A stretch of DNA of 64,000 nucleotides, from the NCBI GenBank assembly GCA_943704425.1, contig CALSCP010002553.1:45243-109242 (forward strand). The letters run 5' to 3'. Source of the stretch: Ministeria vibrans ATCC 50519 (lineage: Eukaryota > Protista > Filasterea). Shown here piece after piece: positions 56,010 through 64,000 of the stretch (position 1 is its first letter; every line of letters starts with the position of its first letter). A model generated the notes under the pieces. The model searched no databases and was not told the origin of the DNA. It was given only the letters and a program-made list of their open reading frames with translations. A program made the translations under genes and the position numbers.

Positions 56010-57903
56010 ATGAGTCAGGCAAGACGCTTGCAAGTAGGCATCGTCGCCCTCGTGGTTGTATACGTATTTTTCAGTGAGACTGCTACTCATATTTGCACAG
56101 TGTTTGAAATTAACACACCAACTCACTTTAGATTCCCATGGCAGCAGATTCAGATTTGCTTCCGTACGCCGCAGGCTTGCTAGCCTTGTTTCTTGCAGTC
56201 CACATCTTGATTTTTGTCTTTGACAGGAGGACAACAGTCTATTAGGGGGCCTTCCTGACAAGCACGTCGACACAACCGTTTGGTCGTCACACCCGTCAAA
56301 CGCCATTGCGCCACGAACCCTCCTCAACGCCTGGCCCTGCTACGACCACCGGAACGAAAAGGCATCTATGATCGAACCCGATCCTGTGAACGAGCCCTAC
56401 ATCTTCGGCGTCGACAATCATCCCGATACAGTTCGAGTAGCGACGTCGAGTGGATTTTCGCTTGACATAGATTGACACGCACTTTTTCTCGTTTTCCTCC
56501 AGGCACAAACTTTCATCTACCGCCACCAACACCCGCCCAACTGCAAAGATCTCAATATGCGTTTCTTTGTGTGGAACATGAAGGACTTTGGACTGGGTTC
56601 CGACTTGCACACGTTAGGATATGCGCTCGCTATTGCAATCAAGCAAAATCGCGTGCTGGTCTTAGGACCAGACTGGCGATACAATAGCCAGTCGGACGAG
56701 CTGTGCAAGGACGCAAAAAGCCTCAACTGTTTTGCTGCGCCCATCAGCAATTGTACACTGGATGACGTCGGGTACGTGAGAGTGACAGAATGTCTGGAGT
56801 GTACATACGTGTATGCGTGTTTGTGCAACTTTCGCACGCTGTGCTGCTGATACGTGTGTATATGTCAGACCGTATGACAAGAGAAAAGCCGACAAGTACT
56901 GGCAGCGTCTGCGTGTGGTCAGCAACTCCAAGGGTCGCGGGGGGTTTAAGGAAATGGCACATGCGCTCAACAAAAAGCACGCGCCGCCTCCGTTTACGAC
57001 CAACGCCGCCAACGTCACCTGGTGGCGCGCACAGGTAATATTAACGTGTGTGTATGTGTGTATGTACAGTTATTATACGCTCATCGTAGCGCAGCTCTGA
57101 CCGTCCTCTGTGTATGCTGTAGGCACTACGGTACACACTACGCCGTCCCGCTTGCTTTGTTGTAGACCAAGTGAACGAACAGCTCAGGCGGATGTTCCCC
57201 GAGACACACACCATGCCCACCGACGCAATCAGCGTGCATGTGCGCCATGGCGACAAGGTGCGGATGAGGACATTCAATGGAGTCCATTACACTCAGACAC
57301 ACCACAAAGACACGCATACCACAAACACACCGCAAACACACACACACACACACCACAAACACACACACCACAAATGCACACACCACAAAGACACATACCA
57401 CAAAGGCACACACCACAAAGACACACACCACAAAGACACACTCGCGCGCACACTTTGCAGTACAAGGAAATGGCTCTGCACCCGCTCAGCGAGTACATGG
57501 CTTTGGCACGCGAGATCAAAGCTGGACACCCGTCGGCGACGACCATATTCCTGTCCACCGAGGACCCCGACGTCATTGAAGAGAGCAAAAAGATCACCGA
57601 CTTTCGCATTGTCTACACAGACTTTGGTCGCTTCAATCGTATTCTTGGTGGAGGTACTTTTGCACAGCAATGCCTAAAAACAACATTCGACTCACTGACA
57701 TTGTTCATATAGACGAAGGAACCTTACATGACTTTGTCAACTTGTACCTTGCGGCGCTGTGCCGTCACGCCGTGTCCACACATGCGTCCAACTGGAACCG
57801 AATGATCTTTGAACTCCAAAAGACAACGGATCGCTTTAGTGGTGAATATAAACCGCTCAATCAACCCGAATGTCAGCCCGACATTTCTGCTTGTGACTGG
57901 TGA
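56010..57903 (+). CDS. GT23 alpha-1,6-fucosyltransferase (FUT8)-like
   Basis: Type II anchor (MSQARRLQVGIVALVVVYVFF), HQHPPNC..GLGSDLH, FAAPISNCT, VHVRHGDK|YKEMALHPLSEYM, IFLSTEDP, THASNWNR. Confidence 0.85.
57296..57440. repeat. 15-bp intronic minisatellite (acacacaccacaaag)
   Basis: About 8-9 imperfect copies in an intron of the FUT8-like gene. Confidence 0.85.
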
Positions 57904-58088
57904 ACGAATGAAGGAAAAAAGACGAATGAATGATGTAAACGTGAGTACGTGACTGTATCATTAATAAATGGGTTGTGTACTAATCTATTACGAGGAATCA
58001 TTTGGAAATGTCTTCTTCTTCTTCTTGACTATATACTATTTAGTAAATTTTATCACCCCCCTCCTCTAAACACCCGTAGCCAAGTGCC

Positions 58089-59511
58089 ATGTTCTGCGTC
58101 AATGAGGAGTGGGCGAAACTGCCGTGGAACTACTTCAACAGCGTCGAAGAGCACTTTGCGAAACTTCCAACCTTTGTTGTCGCCCAGTGCGTGTTCTTTC
58201 TCCTGACGCTGGGCGCGGCTCTGCACGCCCGTGCCAATGGATCGCGCCACATGTTTGTCTTTGTGGCGGCTCTGATTGCCGGCACAGCCAACGACGCCTT
58301 CTTCATGTTTCTGCCAACCGTCGACAACTTCTGGCAGGCGCAGGGGCTCGTCAACCTGACCCCGCGCATGCCCCTCTACATCCCCCTCGTGTACATCTGT
58401 AAGTTTCTGTCTCTCTCCTTCTCATTGATTGTCAGTAGCTGCCGCACGACGAGAGGAAAAGCGAGAAGAGGAAACTCTCTTCTTTTTTTTTTTTTTTTGT
58501 TGAAACTTCATCTTTCTCTTTGACCTCTCTCTATTCGTTGTGTTTGTGTGACGCTCGCCTTGGATACCTTCTATAAATACTCATTCTGCGGGATCTAACG
58601 CATTCCTTGCACGGTGTGCATCGTTGATAGGTTTTATGTACATTGCGACTGTCTCAGTCTGGCGACTGGGTCTCCCGCTGTTGGCCGAGGCAGCCCTGAC
58701 AGGCATTGCGGCCCAGCTCATTTACGCTCCGTACGACATTCTCGGTGCAAAGTTTCTGTGGTGGACGTGGCACGACACGGACGCATCCATTGGCGAGCGA
58801 CTGCTGGGCGTGCCGCTTGGCAGCACCATCTGGGTGATCACCTTCTCGTCGATCTTCTCGCTTCTCTTGCGTCTCACTGTGGGCAAGTGGAACAGCGACG
58901 AGGCAGAGGAAGCAGAGCGAGGTGGATCCTGCAAGGATTGCATGGGCACGTACGTTAAGTCGCTTTTGGTGACTGCGTCGCTCGCCACCCCGCTCATGAT
59001 GGTTCTTATGACCATTTTCCAACTCGCTTGTGGATGCAGTGGTCGTCCCAACTTGAACATGCTCCTGCTTGTTCTCGCTGTCTACAGCGCCATTATTGTG
59101 ACACAATTCCGACGGGACACGGGACGTGCGACGCACGGCCGTCGCGACGCCCTCCTGCTCTCCTTCCTTGTCGTCTACTACGTCACCCTGTACGCCATTG
59201 TCGTCAAAGGCGACCCCACGACCCACGTGAGCACCAGTCTGCATCAGTCTATCGGTCCATGCGACGTCACGGCTCTTGATCTGGCGGGCCTCGAGCGTCA
59301 CGTGTACCTATGCCCGACCAACTACAGCGAGGACTGGAACCTGGCTGCCGACGCGCTCACCCTCGATCCCTCCTCGACCGACACGCTCTCATGGTACACC
59401 GTCACGGGCCGCGCCCATTCCAACAAGAGCCTCTGGGTGTCCGCTGTCGTCTCCCTTTCCGCCACCTCGCTGACCCTCTATGCCGCCATGCTTGCCAATG
59501 TTCGTCGATGA
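58089..59511 (+). CDS. Uncharacterised multi-pass membrane protein
   Basis: Two exons with many TM segments. DNFWQAQG..TPRMPLYI and PYDILGAKFLWWTWHDTD..ERLLGVP look like conserved motifs. Confidence 0.8.
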
Positions 59512-59624
59512 GCAATAATATAAACAACAATGCCCAGGGCTAAAAAAAAACTGTGTGAAACTGGTTTGGTCGAGCAAATTCGTAACCGTCATTTAGTGCA
59601 CAAACGGAAGATTTTTGTCTTGCC

Positions 59625-59755
59625 TCGAGCTAAGCCAACGACTTACTTCGCAAATGGTTAGCACTTCTACTTTTAATGGAAATCCGGGGTTCGAATCCCC
59701 ACATCACAGTTGTAGCGCCGTCTCGATGCCTCTCTCTTTCTTTCTTTTTTTTTTT
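59625..59755 (+). ncRNA. tRNA-like Pol III element (pseudo-tRNA-Lys(UUU), SINE head or novel ncRNA)
   Basis: A-box-like TCGCAAATGGT, arm TTCTA-CTTTTAA-TGGAA, T arm GGGG-TTCGAAT-CCCC and a downstream oligo-T. D stem is broken and there is no canonical acceptor stem. Confidence 0.5.
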
Positions 59756-60015
59756 GCTTATTGTTATTTCCTCTCCGCGCCTTCTGTCTGCCATGTCGAA
59801 TTGTCGATTGTAGTCACTGCTAAGTCTCCTATGGCTTGTCATCTCAGACTCATCTGTTTGTGTGAGACGTTAGATATGCGATCTTATTATGTATCTTCAT
59901 ATGTATTATGAATAATAATTATGAATACAAGTCTTTCTTCCTCTTCGAAGCGTTCACCGCCCTGTGTTCGACCCACTTCTTCTCCTTCTTCTGATCTGCC
60001 AGTGAGCGCCAAACA

Positions 60016-60668
60016 ATGTCTCAGAAACTCGCACAGGCGTCGGGCGGACAAGTCTTCCTGTGGGACATGACTCGCGCCTCGTCCATCCGTGTTCGACGTC
60101 GAAAGGCCGCCGCCGAAGCCGCATTGGACGTCTCTACCGTTGCCGTACATGCTCTCGCGTGGAATCACAACAGTAAGTCTTGTTTTATATTATATACAAA
60201 AATATGCTACATTTTCAAAAAAANNNNNNNNNNGCATCGGGCGCCTCCTGCGTGGATGGAGTGAACGGCTTCACATGCGATTGTGTGGACGGAACAAAAC
60301 ACCTGTCGTTCAAACTTGTTTGCGCGCTTGGACGCAGACCAGGTCCTTGCGAGTGTCGGCAGCGACGGATACATTGCCCTTTCGCACCAGACTGGCGCTT
60401 TCTTGGAGGCTCTTCCGTGTCCAGCGACAGTATGGCGCACAACCAACACTGAATGAGTCGCGACTGACCGTTGATTTCTTTTTTTTTTCTTTCTCGGTTT
60501 CGTTTTCAATTTTGCCATGGCAACAGAATGCCGAGGAACTATTCGCTGTTGTGTTCAGCTCATCGTCAAGACAGCTTGCTGTTGGAGGCACACAGCGACG
60601 GGTGACTCTGTGGGATCTTAGCAAGAAATCCGCCAAGTCATTTGAGGTATCATAATATTATTGTGTAC

Positions 60669-60705
<37 letters not shown>

Positions 60706-61053
60706 GATAGTTCACACTCAAAATTCATGTTTATGTTGTTTTCTCGCACTGCAGGGACACACCAATACGGTGACAAGCATAAGTTTCAGTTTGAACGACA
60801 CGTATCTAGCGAGTGGCTCGGCGACTGGTGACATCCTAGTGCACGACGTGAAAACAGGCAATGCATTAGGTCCGTTTCGAGGCGCAGACGGTGTCAAGCA
60901 GCTTCGCTTCTCCCCATTCCATCGGTCCATGCTTGCCGCTGTCTACGACAATGGTGCCCTTATGATCTGGGACATTTCAGCGGGTCATTCGACAGCTCAA
61001 TTTCTTCATGCTCACACGTAAAAACAAATCGACAGGCGAGCAAGTCTGACACG

Positions 61054-61101
<48 letters not shown>

Positions 61102-62343
61102 TTATAGTGCGCCCTGTTCGGGTTGTGCCTTCTCTCCGTTCAACCGCCTTCTTCTTGCCACAGTGGGTCTTGACAAGCGTATTCATTTTTTTGATCTGGA
61201 AAAGAAAGAGTAAGAGAAACCCCATAAAACATTTTATTTCTGATGACTGTGATGATTGTGCATGGCAGGGTTGTCAAGACAATCGAGTGCGACACGCCTC
61301 TGTCGTCGGTTGCATTTATGGACGACGGCATGACCGTCGCAGCGGGCACTCTCTTGGGCCAAGTGCTTGTTTTTGACCTGCGCGGCCCTTGCGCCTCCCC
61401 TGAGCGTGTCTTTGCCGCTGGTCCCGCCCGTCCCGTCGAGTCTCTTGCCTTTCAAACCAAAGGGCGCAGTAAAAGTGCTGCCGCAAGTGCGTCTGACTCA
61501 ACTGCCACCGACCGGCGTGTCCCCACTTCATCCAGCGTACACACTACCAGTACCGCAGACCGGCGTGCTCCTACTTCATCCAGCGTGCACACTGCCAGTA
61601 CCGCAGACCGTCGCGCCCCAACTTCATCCACTGTGTCTTTGACCAGTACTGCAGACCGGCGTGCTCCTACTTCATCCAGCGTACACGCTGCCAGTACTGC
61701 AGACCGGCGTGCTCCTACTTCATCCAGCGTACACGCTGCCAGTACTGCAGACCGGCGTGCTCCTACTTCATCCAGCGTGCACGCTGCCAGTACCGTAGAC
61801 CGTCGCGCCCCGACTTCATCCACTGTGCCTTTGACCAGTGTTGCAGACCGGCGTGTACCCAATAGCAACAGTAGTGTGAGTTCCCGTGACAATGCTCTTC
61901 CTCCAGCAACGACGAATACCCCCCCAGCCAGAGTAGCACTTACCACCACCACCGCCAATCCAAATTCTTCTCCCCCCACGCCCCCTTCACCAGCAAAATC
62001 CTCCCAAGTCGCTTTCCCTTCACCCTCAACAGCTCTTCCTCCTGCTCTGGCCGAGTCCTTCTCACCCCAACAGCAGTCGCAAATTCGCCAACTTGTCACA
62101 GAGTGTCTGATGGACGTCAGAGAGTCATTTCATCGAGAACTCTCCGCTCTCCACGTTGAACTCTTGCGCCAGTTTCACCTTCACAAGGTAGCACTCTTTT
62201 ATAGATACACCATTATCATGCCTCTCATATTCTTTTAGATTGACATGGACGAGTCATTGCGACTTCATTCGGTCAACAGTGATCTGCTCAACGAGGTGTC
62301 TCGCTTGCGCGACGAAAACGAACGCCTTCGCTCCAACTTTTAA
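60016..62343 (+). CDS. NEDD1: NEDD1/GCP-WD gamma-tubulin adaptor
   Basis: WD40 repeats (LAWNHN, GHTNTVTSISFS, FSPFHRSMLA, FSPFNRLLLATVGLDKR) and C-terminal RESFHRELSALHVELLRQFH...LLNEVSRLRDENERLRSNF. Confidence 0.92.
61501..61865 (+). repeat. 48-bp coding minisatellite (~7.5 copies of STADRRAPTSSSVHAA)
   Basis: DRR(A/V)P recurs 8 times at 16-aa spacing. Confidence 0.95.
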
Positions 62344-62614
62344 CATAATGATTGTAATTTTGTAACTTGTGTAATGTACAGAGGGTGTGTGAGAGGCAAA
62401 CCTTACGCTGTTTTGTGCTGCAAGACGAGAGCGCTCTCGTCTCTTACGATTACCTGCAGTCTGAAAAGGTTTAGACTTTTTTGTTTTTAGATTTTCTTAT
62501 TTTTCAATTTTCACTCAAATTTCTTTCACCCCCCGTTTGCATTTGGTGAATTGCATTGGAACTGATAGATTGTCTTCGGATCGCCCTTCCTGTGCACTCT
62601 TTCGCTCACTTTAC

Positions 62615-63565
62615 ATGACTGATAGTACCAACTCACTTCATTTTTGTAGTGTGTTTACTTTCGATCATTCTCGTAGGAACGGAGGCTTTCCCAAAGTCTC
62701 TGCCATCCACTGCTATTGTGGTGGAAGGGAACCTTGTTTTTGACGTGGAAATCATTAACGAATTTATCAAATGCCCAATATGTGAAGGGTAAAGCTCTCC
62801 CTAAAAACGAGAGATTCGTTCGGTGTGTTTCGTTGTCCCTCGCGCCTTATGGTCCCTGCCGCACGTGTCTGTCCGGCCGGTTGGCCTCTCCACTGGTGCT
62901 GTGATGGGTTGAGCAGTGCGTGCAGCGCGCACGATCCCAAGCAACGTGTTTAGCTACGCGCGTTTCATTCCTCTGCTCACACACACACCGTTGCGCTTTT
63001 GTCTCGTTCGGCAGCTACATGATCGATCCAGTCACCATCTGCGAGTGCATGCATTCGTTTTGCAGACGGTGTCTCGTTGGCTCCATCTACTATGCGCAAG
63101 CGGCCCCCGAAAAGAAGTGTCCGCAGTGTCAGGAGCCCATGAAGAAGGTTTGAAGCACTCTCGACACACAATCGCAACTGACGCGACTACTGCTTAGCCG
63201 GATCCGCTTGAGTCCGTACGACTAGACCGCGTGCTCGAGTCGATCATTTTCAAAATTGTACCGGGTCTGCGCGAAGAAGAAATTGCGCGGCGTGTCGAGT
63301 ACGCGCGCGAGCACGGCATTGGCGACATACCCGAGGACTCACGCGTAACGGTCTTTCGTGTCGTACTTCCTTCTCACACTGCTGTTCTTTTTGGTGTTAT
63401 TGTGGCATTTTGGACAGCCGGAAGTAGAGAGCATCCTGCACCCGGAGACGCAAGGGCAGCAATCGTCACAGCGGACTACTACACCCCTCGATGCAAGTAC
63501 CGCCATCACGCCCGCCGACGAGGATCTTGTCTGCTTCACCATCATTCCCGAGACGGTCATTGACG
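62615..63565 (+). CDS. PCGF: Polycomb group RING finger (PCGF/BMI1-like), 3' end outside window
   Basis: INEFIKCPICEG|YMIDPVTICECMHSFCRRC..KCPQC..|DPLESVRLDRVLESIIFKIVPGLREEEIARR. Confidence 0.9.
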
Positions 63566-63624
63566 GTACGTGGGACCAGCTCTCTTACACTCAACTACAC
63601 ACACACACCAGTTTCTTTCCCGCA

Positions 63625-63950
63625 CCTATCACTTTATTTCTTTCTCCCTCCCTTTTCTTTCTCTCTATCGCTTTATTCTTTCTCCCTCCCTTTTCTCTCT
63701 CTCTATCGCTTCATTTCTTTCTCCTTCCCTTCTCTCTCTCTCTATCAGTCTATTTCTCCTTCTCCCTCCCTCTCTTCTCTCTCTATCACTTTATTTCTTT
63801 CTCCCTCCCTTCTCTCTCTCTATCACTTTATTTCTTTCTCCCTCCCTTCTCTCTCTATCACTTTATTTCTTTCTCCCTCCCTTCTCTCTCTCTATCACTT
63901 TATTTCTCCCTCCCTCCCTTCTCTCTCTATCACTATTTCTTTCTCCCTCC

Positions 63951-64000
<50 letters not shown>
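63625..64000. repeat. ~33-bp intronic tandem repeat (ctctatcactttatttctttctccctccctt) grading into (CT)n
   Basis: Directly visible, about 9 copies. Confidence 0.9.

Overview
Gene-dense eukaryotic DNA from a draft assembly. Exons are GC-rich, intergenic spacers are short and AT-rich, spliceosomal GT-AG introns are mostly ~50-400 nt, and there are several N gaps. No prokaryotic, CRISPR or transposase signal. About 28 protein genes were reconstructed by hand-splicing, including villin, a SAM methyltransferase, TTC25/ODAD4, an ABCB9/TAP-like half transporter, an FCHSD/Nwk F-BAR-2xSH3 protein, a Rad5/HLTF-like SNF2-RING ATPase, LYPLA, a forkhead factor, CorA/Alr1, CLPTM1, Cdc34, MAT2B, a SKICH protein, a tandem-WW protein, YEATS4, PTPN9, a PSI-PSI-purple acid phosphatase, a FUT8-like enzyme, NEDD1 and PCGF. 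The gene set suggests a flagellated unicellular holozoan (inference). Most notable: (1) an intron-restricted (CT)n-ATCACTTTGT minisatellite family in many genes; (2) a Pol III/tRNA-like non-canonical element at ~59.63-59.76 kb; (3) a PSI-PSI-purple acid phosphatase fusion with paired cysteine loss; (4) a Cdc34 gene split around a 7.7-kb multi-gene block whose terminal genes are 5'-truncated, probably a mis-join; (5) a frameshift in TTC25 and a Q-loop Q-to-E change in PTPN9. All family calls come from remembered motifs, not database searches. I cannot show a new biological system from this sequence alone.
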